Assembly (NCBI GenBank): GCA_045807245.1
Contig: JBJMHS010000008.1
Span: 62,001-126,000, forward strand
Length of the DNA: 64,000 nucleotides
Direction of reading: 5' to 3'
Origin: Actinomycetales bacterium
Lineage (GTDB): Bacteria > Actinomycetota > Actinomycetes > Actinomycetales > CAVURS01
Part shown: piece after piece, positions 19,160-26,877 of the stretch
Numbering within the stretch: the stretch's first letter is position 1
Layout of the letters: each line of letters starts with the position of its first letter
Program-made: the position numbers and the translations under genes
The notes under the pieces: generated by a model
What the model was told of the DNA's origin: nothing
What the model saw: the letters and a program-made list of their open reading frames with translations, nothing else
The model's database searches: none

Positions 19160-20133
19160 CCGGCATCACGACCACCGGCGAGAAGCGCCTCGTCCTGATC
19201 TCCGGACGCGGCTACCCCGAGCTCGCCGAGGAGGTCGCCCGGGAGCTCGGCGTCGAGCTCGTGCCGACGACCGCGTTCGACTTCGCGAACGGCGAGATCT
19301 ATGTGCGGTTCCAGGAGAGCCTGCGCGGCTGCGACGCGTTCGTGATGCAGAGCCACACGACGCCGATCAACCAGTGGATCATGGAGCAGCTGATCATGGT
19401 CGACGCCCTCAAGCGCGCGTCGGCCAAGCGGATCAGCGTGATCGCGCCGTTCTACGGCTACGCCCGGCAGGACAAGAAGCACCGTGGCCGCGAGCCGATC
19501 TCGGCCCGGCTGATGGCGGACTTCTTCAAGGTCGCGGGTGCGGACCGGCTGATGTGCGTCGACCTGCACGCGGCGCAGATCCAGGGCTACTTCGACGGGC
19601 CGGTGGACCACCTGTTCGCCACGCCCTTGCTCGCGGCGTACGTCGGCAAGCGGGTCGACCGCTCGACCCTCACCATCGTCTCGCCGGACGCCGGCCGGGT
19701 CCGCGTCGCCGACCAGTGGTCGGACCGGCTGCGGGCGCCGCTGGCGATCATCCACAAGCGGCGCGACCCCGACGTCGCGAACCAGGTCAAGGTGCACGAG
19801 GTCGTCGGAGACGTGCAGGGCCGCACCTGCGTCCTGGTCGACGACATGATCGACACGGCCGGCACCATCTGCCAGGCCGCGGACGCACTGTTCGACAAGG
19901 GCGCCTCGGACGTCATCGTCTGCGCGACCCATGCCGTCCTGTCCGGACCGGCCGTCGACCGGCTCAAGAACAGCCGCATCTCCGAGGTCATCGTCACGAA
20001 CACGCTGCCCATCAGCGAGGACCGGATCTTCGACAAGCTGACCGTGCTGTCCATCGCACCGCTGTTGGCCCGGGCCATCCGCGAGGTCTTCGACGACGGC
20101 TCCGTAACCAGCCTCTTCGACGGCCAGGCTTAA
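19156..20133 (+). CDS. prs: Ribose-phosphate pyrophosphokinase
   Basis: FANGE, YARQDKK, DLHAAQIQG, SPDAG, VDDMIDTAGT. Confidence 0.97.
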   Translation: MTGITTTGEKRLVLISGRGYPELAEEVARELGVELVPTTAFDFANGEIYVRFQESLRGCDAFVMQSHTTPINQWIMEQLIMVDALKRASAKRISVIAPFYGYARQDKKHRGREPISARLMADFFKVAGADRLMCVDLHAAQIQGYFDGPVDHLFATPLLAAYVGKRVDRSTLTIVSPDAGRVRVADQWSDRLRAPLAIIHKRRDPDVANQVKVHEVVGDVQGRTCVLVDDMIDTAGTICQAADALFDKGASDVIVCATHAVLSGPAVDRLKNSRISEVIVTNTLPISEDRIFDKLTVLSIAPLLARAIREVFDDGSVTSLFDGQA

Positions 20134-20267
20134 CCCGCCGGCCCCTCGTCGTACCCCCCGAAAGCCGGTTCGCCCCTGGAAAGCCGCCCGAACCGGCCCC
20201 GGCGCCCCCGAACAGCGGCTTTCAGGGGGCAAAGCGGCAGTGGAGGGGTACGACGGCGGGGGCGGGT
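20133..20267. repeat. ~135-nt imperfect inverted repeat (long hairpin; REP/MITE-like element or terminator)
   Basis: CGTCGTACCCC (20147-20157)/GGGGTACGACG (20245-20255); GCCCCTGGAAAGCCGC (20172-20187)/GCGGCTTTCAGGGGGC (20215-20230); ACCCGCC/GGCGGGT ends. Confidence 0.7.
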
Positions 20268-20284
20268 AGGATCTGACGGTCACC

Positions 20285-20317
20285 TCGGCGAGGGACGCCT
20301 GCGGCGTCCGTGATCGA
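20285..20317 (+). promoter_or_regulatory. Candidate rplY leader RNA element
   Basis: Hairpin GGACGCC-TGC-GGCGTCC with a purine-rich internal loop closed by TCG/CGA, just after a TAGGAT -10 (20267-20272). Confidence 0.5.
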
Positions 20318-20432
20318 CGCGGTCGGCTGGGTAGCTCGGTTAGTCCCAGCCAGCTCCGTGCTCCGTCCCGCGTCGAGGTCACTCCGCAGGCCGGCACCCA
20401 AGAGACCTACAGATCAGCGAGGAAGCACCAGC

Positions 20433-21122
20433 ATGGCCCAGACCCAGCTCCACGCCGAGGCCCGTTGCGAGTTCGGCAAGGGCGCGGCGCGCCGGGTACG
20501 TCGCGCCGGGCGCATCCCGGCCGTCATGTACGGCCACGGGAGCGCGCCCGTGCACCTGACCCTCCCGGGCCACGCGACCATGCTCGCGCTCAAGGTGCAG
20601 AACGCGCTGCTCACCATCCAGCTCGACGGCGACGACCAGCTCGCCCTGGTCAAGGACGTGCAGCGCGACGTCGTGCGCGGCCACATCGAGCATGTCGACC
20701 TGGTCGTCATCCGGCGCGGTGAGAAGGTGACCGTCGACGTCCGGGTGCACGTCGAGGGCGAGGCCGCCCCGGACACCCTGGTCAACCTGGACGCGCAGAC
20801 CATCGAGCTCGAGGTGCTGGCCACCAACATCCCCGAGCAGATCACGGTCGACGTGCAGGGGGTGCAGCCCGGCACGCAGATTCACGCCTCAGACCTCACG
20901 CTGCCCGAGGGTGCGACGTTGTCGTCCGACCCGGAGCTGCTGGTTGTCAACGTGACCCAGGCCGTATCTGCCGAGGCCCTCGAGGCCGAGCTCGCGGAGG
21001 CCGAGGCCGAGGCCGGCATCGAGCACGAGGAGCACACGCCGACCGACGAAGAGGCGGCCGAGAGCGCTCCGGCTGCTGAGGCCGGCGGGGGCGACGGCGA
21101 GGCACCCGCCGCCGCGGAGTGA
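20433..21122 (+). CDS. rplY: 50S ribosomal protein L25 / Ctc
   Basis: [28 protein letters not shown]-terminal Ctc domain, acidic tail. Confidence 0.96.
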   Translation: MAQTQLHAEARCEFGKGAARRVRRAGRIPAVMYGHGSAPVHLTLPGHATMLALKVQNALLTIQLDGDDQLALVKDVQRDVVRGHIEHVDLVVIRRGEKVTVDVRVHVEGEAAPDTLVNLDAQTIELEVLATNIPEQITVDVQGVQPGTQIHASDLTLPEGATLSSDPELLVVNVTQAVSAEALEAELAEAEAEAGIEHEEHTPTDEEAAESAPAAEAGGGDGEAPAAAE

Positions 21123-21763
21123 GCCAGGCCGTCGGCGCCGGCGACGCCACGACCGACCCGTACGACGGCCCGTGGCTGGTCGTCGGGCTGGGGAACCCGG
21201 GACCCGACTACGCCGGCAACCGGCACAACGTCGGCGCCATGGTGCTGGACGTGCTCGCCGCCCGGGTCGGGGGCACGCTCAAGGCGCACAAGTCGCGCGC
21301 GATGGTGCTCGAGGGCTGGCTGGGCGGGCCGCCCGGCAGCACCGACCGGCGCCGGGTCGCGCTGGTGCGCCCGACGTCGTACATGAACGAGTCGGGCGGC
21401 CAGGTCGTCGCCGCGGCCCGGTTCTTCAAGGTCGACCCGGCCCACATCGTGCTCGTGTACGACGAGCTCGACATTCCGTACGGCGAGGTACGGCTCAAGC
21501 TCGGTGGTGGCGAGGGTGGCCACAACGGCGCCCGCTCCGTGAGCCGGGCGCTGGGGACGAAGGACTATCTGCGGGTCCGCGTCGGCATCGGGCGCCCCCC
21601 GGGACGGATGGACCCCGCGGCCTTCGTGCTGCGCGACTTCGGGGCGGCCGAGCGCAAGGAGCTGCCGGTGCTGCTCGACGACGCGGCGGACGCCGTCGAG
21701 CTTCTGGTGGCCCGCGGGCTGAGGGTGGGGCAGAATGCTGTGCACGGCCGGATCAGTGACTGA
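21119..21763 (+). CDS. pth: Peptidyl-tRNA hydrolase
   Basis: VGLGNPG..Y..NRHNVG, YMNESG, DELD, GGHNG, RVGIGRP. Confidence 0.96.
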   Translation: MSQAVGAGDATTDPYDGPWLVVGLGNPGPDYAGNRHNVGAMVLDVLAARVGGTLKAHKSRAMVLEGWLGGPPGSTDRRRVALVRPTSYMNESGGQVVAAARFFKVDPAHIVLVYDELDIPYGEVRLKLGGGEGGHNGARSVSRALGTKDYLRVRVGIGRPPGRMDPAAFVLRDFGAAERKELPVLLDDAADAVELLVARGLRVGQNAVHGRISD

Positions 21764-21980
21764 TTGATCACTGAGAGGTAGTGACCGACTCGTCGCTGTG
21801 TGCAACGATTAGTGGCCCAACGGGTCGGGATCCGCCTCCGCGGGTCAACCAGCCGTTACCAGTTCGTGAATTCGCCCCTCGGAGGTCTGCGCACTTCGCT
21901 ACTTTCCGTTCTGGCGCAAGGGTCGGGAGCCGCGCGCCGCCGCCAGCAACGAGAGAACGATCTGAGACAGGTGGGGACCC

Positions 21981-23753
21981 TTGTCTACGACCAGTGACGG
22001 GATGCGCGCGACGACTGGGCCTGAGGGTCCGGAGATTGTCGTGTCGCCCGGTCAGGATGCTCCCGACGCCGAAGCCACAAACGCCGGCCACCGCGACGGG
22101 GCTGGCTCCAGCATCGTGGACCTGACCGCCAACGGCCACGCGGGCCGGACGACTACCACGACCAGCCCGGTCCACCCGCTCATCCCGTCCCAGTCGCCGG
22201 ACCGCCACGGGGGCGAGCAATGGGAGGCCGACCGCGACCGGCGCCGCTTCGCCGGCCAGCGCCGGCACTCGTGGGCCGCGCAGCGCCCTTATGTCCTGCA
22301 CACCGAGAGCGACCTGGCCGACCCTTCGACGGCGGACCTGGTCGACCCGGTCGAGCGCGCCCACAAGCGCCGGGCCGCCTGGGTGCGGCCGCTGGTCCTG
22401 CGCTCCATCCTCGGCGACGGCCTGGTCGCGATGGGCGTCATGGCCGCGTGCTCCTTCTCGCTGGAGCGGATCCGCCCCTACTCGCTGCTGTTCGGCGGCG
22501 TATCGGCCCTCGCCTGGGCGTTCGCCGTCTTCCTCAGCCGGGGCTACGAGGCCCGCCGGCTGGGAGACGGACCGGAGGAGTTCCAGGCCCTGCTTCGCGC
22601 CGCCTTCGGCGTCATCGCCGCGATGGGGATCGTGGCCTACTCGTTCCAGGTGCTGCTGCCGCGACGGCTCGTCCTCATCGCCGTTCCGCTCATCGCCCTG
22701 CTGTCGGTCATCAACCGGCATCTGACCCGCAAGCAGCTGCACAGCCGCCGCTACCACGGCCAGGCGATGCGGCGGACGCTGATCGTGGGCGAGCCCACCG
22801 CGGTGCGCGAGGTCGTCGCCGACCTGGCGGAGGTCAAGCACCACGGGTACGAGGTCGTCGGCGCCTGCGTGCCGGTACCGGGACCGGAGATCGCGGAGAA
22901 CCTGGACCTGTGCGTCCTGGGCGGCGTCTCCGAGGTTCCGCAGGTCGTCGTGGACAACGACATCGACAGCGTGATCGTCGTCGGTGCCCAGCTGAGCGGC
23001 ACGCCCCTGCGGCGGCTGTCGTGGGCGCTGGAACAGACCGGTGCCGACCTCATCGTCGCGCCCGGCCTGGTCGAGGTGACCGGCCCGAACGTCACGCTCC
23101 GCCCGTCCGCCGGCCTGTCGCTGCTCCTGGTCGAGCCTCCGTCGTCCCGGGTCGGCCGGATGCTGCTGAAGTCCGTCCTCGACCGGGCGGTCGGCATCTT
23201 CCTGCTGATGTTCGCCGCGCCGGTGATCGCGCTGTCCGCGCTGCTGGTCCGGCTGACCAGCCCGGGCAAGGCGTTCTTCCCCCAGCACCGGGTCGGCCTC
23301 GACGGCAGCACCTTCACCATGTTCAAGCTCCGCTCGATGGTCCAGGACGCCGAGGCGCGCAAGTCCGAGCTGCTCGACCTGACCGACCGCGACGGCCTGA
23401 TGTTCAAGATGCACTCCGACCCGCGGATCACCCGGGTCGGCCGGGTGCTGCGCCGCTTCTCCATCGACGAGCTGCCGCAGCTGTGGAACGTCGTCAAGGG
23501 CGACATGTCGCTCGTGGGGCCGCGCCCGCCGCTGCCGTCGGAGTACGAGGCCTACCACGACGCCGTCCACCGGCGGCTGCGGGTGCGTCCCGGCCTCACC
23601 GGCCTCTGGCAGGTCAGCGGCCGTGCGGACCTGACCTGGGAAGAGTCGGTCCGGATGGACCTGAGGTACGTGGACAACTGGTCAATCGCTCTTGACCTGC
23701 AGATCCTGTGGAAGACGGCGCGGGCCGTCCTCAAAGGATCCGGAGCGTACTAG
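21981..23753 (+). CDS. Priming polyprenyl glycosylphosphotransferase (WcaJ/CpsE-like sugar transferase)
   Basis: Four N-terminal TMs, CoA-binding-like domain, then KSVLD, FKLRSM, DPRITRVG..LRRFSIDELPQLWNV.KGDMSLVGPRP, PGLTGLWQVSGR; start uncertain. Confidence 0.93.
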   Translation: MSTTSDGMRATTGPEGPEIVVSPGQDAPDAEATNAGHRDGAGSSIVDLTANGHAGRTTTTTSPVHPLIPSQSPDRHGGEQWEADRDRRRFAGQRRHSWAAQRPYVLHTESDLADPSTADLVDPVERAHKRRAAWVRPLVLRSILGDGLVAMGVMAACSFSLERIRPYSLLFGGVSALAWAFAVFLSRGYEARRLGDGPEEFQALLRAAFGVIAAMGIVAYSFQVLLPRRLVLIAVPLIALLSVINRHLTRKQLHSRRYHGQAMRRTLIVGEPTAVREVVADLAEVKHHGYEVVGACVPVPGPEIAENLDLCVLGGVSEVPQVVVDNDIDSVIVVGAQLSGTPLRRLSWALEQTGADLIVAPGLVEVTGPNVTLRPSAGLSLLLVEPPSSRVGRMLLKSVLDRAVGIFLLMFAAPVIALSALLVRLTSPGKAFFPQHRVGLDGSTFTMFKLRSMVQDAEARKSELLDLTDRDGLMFKMHSDPRITRVGRVLRRFSIDELPQLWNVVKGDMSLVGPRPPLPSEYEAYHDAVHRRLRVRPGLTGLWQVSGRADLTWEESVRMDLRYVDNWSIALDLQILWKTARAVLKGSGAY

Positions 23754-23899
23754 CGACCGGGTGAGGCACAGTAGTGACCGGCGCTCCCCTCACAGCTCTA
23801 CGAGAGGGTTGGGGTGGCGCGGGTCGGACGACGTCGTCCCATGGACGAAGAGTTGTTGGCGAACAGCGAGCAACACAGCAACGAGATGGTGGGAGAGCT

Positions 23900-24664
23900 A
23901 TGACTGACGCCGCACTGGCGAGCGCGCTGGCCGTCGAGGCTGGCGAGCTCCTGTTGGCGCTGCGGGCGCAGGGCGACCGCACCCAGGAGGAGCTGCGCGC
24001 ACAGGGCGACGCCGGGTCGCAGGAGCTGCTGGCCCGTCGCCTGCGCGAGGAGCGCCCGGACGACGCCGTCCTGAGCGAGGAGGCCAGGGACAGCCCGGCT
24101 CGGCTCTCGGCCTCCCGCGTCTGGATCATCGACCCGCTCGACGGCACCCGCGAGTACGGCGAGGGGCGGGCCGACTGGGCCGTGCACGTGGCGCTGTGGG
24201 TCGACGGAGACCTGGCTGCCGGAGCCGTCGCGATCCCGGCCGAGGGCCTCGTGCTCGACACGGTGCACCCGCTCCCGCGCCCGGCCGCTGCCGACCGGCT
24301 TCGGTTGGCCGTGAGCCGCACCCGCCCGCCGGCGTTCGTGACGGCGCTCGCGGAGCTGCTGGACGCCGAGCTGGTCCCGATGGGGTCAGCCGGTGTCAAG
24401 GCCACCGCTGTCCTGCGCGGCCAGGTGGACGCGTACGTCCATGCGGGCGGCCAGTACGAATGGGACTCGGCGGCTCCGGTCGCCGTCGCCCGCGCGTCGG
24501 GGCTGCACACCAGCCGCGTCGACGGGAGCCCGTTGCGTTACAACCAGCCCGATCCGCTGCTGCCCGACCTGGTGGTGGCTTTGCCTGAGGTGGCCGAGCG
24601 CGTGCTCGCCGCCGTGTCCACCATCCAGCTCCGAGACCAGCTCGAAGAGGTGCCTACCCGATGA
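23900..24664 (+). CDS. cysQ: 3'(2'),5'-bisphosphate nucleotidase (PAP phosphatase)
   Basis: LSEE, WIIDPLDGTREY, GSAG.K, EWDSAAP; directly upstream of cysD. Confidence 0.92.
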   Translation: MTDAALASALAVEAGELLLALRAQGDRTQEELRAQGDAGSQELLARRLREERPDDAVLSEEARDSPARLSASRVWIIDPLDGTREYGEGRADWAVHVALWVDGDLAAGAVAIPAEGLVLDTVHPLPRPAAADRLRLAVSRTRPPAFVTALAELLDAELVPMGSAGVKATAVLRGQVDAYVHAGGQYEWDSAAPVAVARASGLHTSRVDGSPLRYNQPDPLLPDLVVALPEVAERVLAAVSTIQLRDQLEEVPTR

Positions 24665-25572
24665 CCCAGCCCACGCGTTACCAGCTGAGCCAGCTGCGGA
24701 CGCTCGAAGCCGAGTCGATCCACATCATCCGTGAGGTCGCGGCCGAGTTCGAGCGGCCCGTGCTGCTGTTCTCCGGCGGCAAGGACTCGATCGTGATGCT
24801 GCGGCTCGCCGAGAAGGCGTTCTACCCGGCCAAGATCCCGTTCCCGGTCATGCACGTCGACACCGGGCACAACTTCCCCGAGGTGCTCGAGTACCGCGAC
24901 CGCAGGGTGAAGGCGCTCGGCGTACAGCTCATCGTGGCGAGCGTCCAGGACGCCATCGAGCGCGGGTTCGTCCACGAGCTCCCGGACGGCACGCGCAACC
25001 GGATCCAGACGCCGGTCCTGCTCGACGCTCTCGAGAAGCACCGCTTCACGGCGGTGTTCGGCGGAGCCCGCCGGGACGAGGACAAGGCCCGGGCCAAGGA
25101 GCGCATCTACTCCTTCCGTGACGAGTTCGGCCAGTGGGACCCGAAGAACCAGCGCCCCGAGCTCTGGAGCGTCTACAACGGCAAGATCCACCTGGGCGAG
25201 AGCATCCGGGTCTTCCCGCTCTCGAACTGGACCGAGCTGGACATCTGGGAGTACGTCGCGGACGAGAGCATCGAGCTCCCGTCGATCTACTACGCGCATG
25301 ACCGCGAGGTGTTCGACCGGCACGGGATGCTGTTCGCGAACAACGAGTTCTGCCGGCCCAAGGAGGGCGAGCAGACGTTCGTCGCGAAGGTTCGCTACCG
25401 CACGGTGGGCGATGCCAGCCTGACGGCCGCCGTACGGTCCGACGCCGACACGGTCGAGAAGGTCATCGACGAGGTGGCATCCACCCGGATCACCGAACGC
25501 GGTGCGACCCGCGGTGACGACAAGTTCAGTGAAGCAGCCATGGAAGACCGCAAGCGCGAGGGGTACTTCTAA
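24661..25572 (+). CDS. cysD: Sulfate adenylyltransferase subunit 2
   Basis: LEAESIHIIRE, FSGGKDS, GGARRDE, W.PKNQRPELW, RVFPLSNWTE, MEDRKREGYF. Confidence 0.97.
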   Translation: MTQPTRYQLSQLRTLEAESIHIIREVAAEFERPVLLFSGGKDSIVMLRLAEKAFYPAKIPFPVMHVDTGHNFPEVLEYRDRRVKALGVQLIVASVQDAIERGFVHELPDGTRNRIQTPVLLDALEKHRFTAVFGGARRDEDKARAKERIYSFRDEFGQWDPKNQRPELWSVYNGKIHLGESIRVFPLSNWTELDIWEYVADESIELPSIYYAHDREVFDRHGMLFANNEFCRPKEGEQTFVAKVRYRTVGDASLTAAVRSDADTVEKVIDEVASTRITERGATRGDDKFSEAAMEDRKREGYF

Positions 25573-25575
25573 ACC

Positions 25576-26829
25576 GTGGACATTCTCAGGTTCGCCACCG
25601 CCGGCAGCGTCGACGACGGCAAGAGCACGCTCATCGGGCGGCTTCTCTACGACACCAAGACCGTGTTCGAGGACCAGATCGAGTCCGTCGAGCGCGCGAG
25701 CAAGGACCGCGGCGACGACTACGTCAACCTCGCCCTGCTGACAGACGGGCTACGGGCGGAGCGGGAGCAGGGCATCACGATCGATGTGGCCTACCGCTAC
25801 TTCGCTACGCCCAAGCGGAAGTTCATCATCGCGGACACCCCGGGCCACATCCAGTACACGCGGAACATGGTCACCGGTGCCTCCACCGCCGACCTGGCCC
25901 TCGTCCTCGTCGACGCCCGCAAGGGCATCATCGAGCAGAGCCGCCGGCACTCGTTCCTCGCCACGCTCCTCGAGGTGCCACACCTGGTCCTGTGCATCAA
26001 CAAGATGGACCTGGTCGACTACGACGAGGACATCTACAACCGGATCCACGAGGAGTTCAAGGCGTTCGCCACCAAGCTGCGGATCCCCGACCTCGCGGTC
26101 ATTCCGATCTCGGCGCTCAAGGGCGACAACGTGGTCTCGCGCTCGGAGAACATGCCCTGGTACGACGGGCCGAGCCTGCTGCACCACCTGGAGAACGTCC
26201 ACGTGGCCAGCGACCGCAACCTGATCGACGTGCGGTTCCCCGTCCAGTACGTGATCCGTCCCCAGTCGGACGACTGGCACGACTACCGCGGGTACGCCGG
26301 GCAGGTCGCCGGTGGCGTGCTGAAGAAGGGCGACGACGTCATGGTCCTGCCCTCCGGCTTCATGTCCCGCATCGCCTCGGTCGAGACGGCCGACGGTGAG
26401 ATCGACGAGGCCTACCCGCCGATGTCGGTGACCATCCGGCTGGAGGACGAGATCGACGTCTCGCGCGGCGACATGATCTGCCGGCCGCACAACGCGCCCA
26501 ACGTCGCCCAGGACATCGACGCGATGGTCTGCTGGATGGACGAGACGGCCCGGCTCGAGCCGGGCCGCAAGTACTCCATCAAGCACACGACGCGGACGGC
26601 CCGGACCGTGGTCAAGAACCTCCACTACCGGCTGGACGTCAACTCGCTGCACCGTGACGAGGAGGCGACCTCGCTGGGCCTGAACGACATCGGCCGGGTG
26701 ACGCTCCGGACGACGGTGCCGCTGATGGCCGACGAGTACTCGCGCAACCGGACCACCGGCGGCTTCGTGCTGGTGGACGAGGCGTCCAACCGCACGGTCG
26801 CCGCGGGGATGATCAGCGAGGCGACCTGA
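25576..26829 (+). CDS. cysN: Sulfate adenylyltransferase subunit 1 (GTPase), without fused APS kinase
   Basis: TAGSVDDGKSTLIGRLL, EREQGITIDVAYRYF, DTPGH, NKMD; ends at TVAAGMI. Confidence 0.97.
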   Translation: MDILRFATAGSVDDGKSTLIGRLLYDTKTVFEDQIESVERASKDRGDDYVNLALLTDGLRAEREQGITIDVAYRYFATPKRKFIIADTPGHIQYTRNMVTGASTADLALVLVDARKGIIEQSRRHSFLATLLEVPHLVLCINKMDLVDYDEDIYNRIHEEFKAFATKLRIPDLAVIPISALKGDNVVSRSENMPWYDGPSLLHHLENVHVASDRNLIDVRFPVQYVIRPQSDDWHDYRGYAGQVAGGVLKKGDDVMVLPSGFMSRIASVETADGEIDEAYPPMSVTIRLEDEIDVSRGDMICRPHNAPNVAQDIDAMVCWMDETARLEPGRKYSIKHTTRTARTVVKNLHYRLDVNSLHRDEEATSLGLNDIGRVTLRTTVPLMADEYSRNRTTGGFVLVDEASNRTVAAGMISEAT

Positions 26830-26877
26830 GCCGTTCCGGCCAGGCGCACGCGATTTCGTTCCTAGACTGAGGACCCG

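Noticed and set aside
25576..26829. Elongation factor Tu/SelB-like GTPase
   Set aside because: GSVDDGKST and DVAYRYF motifs and adjacency to cysD identify CysN
23900..26829. Ordinary cysteine-biosynthesis (sulfate assimilation) operon
   Set aside because: No cysH, sulfite reductase or cysK nearby; the genes are embedded among polysaccharide and sulfotransferase genes
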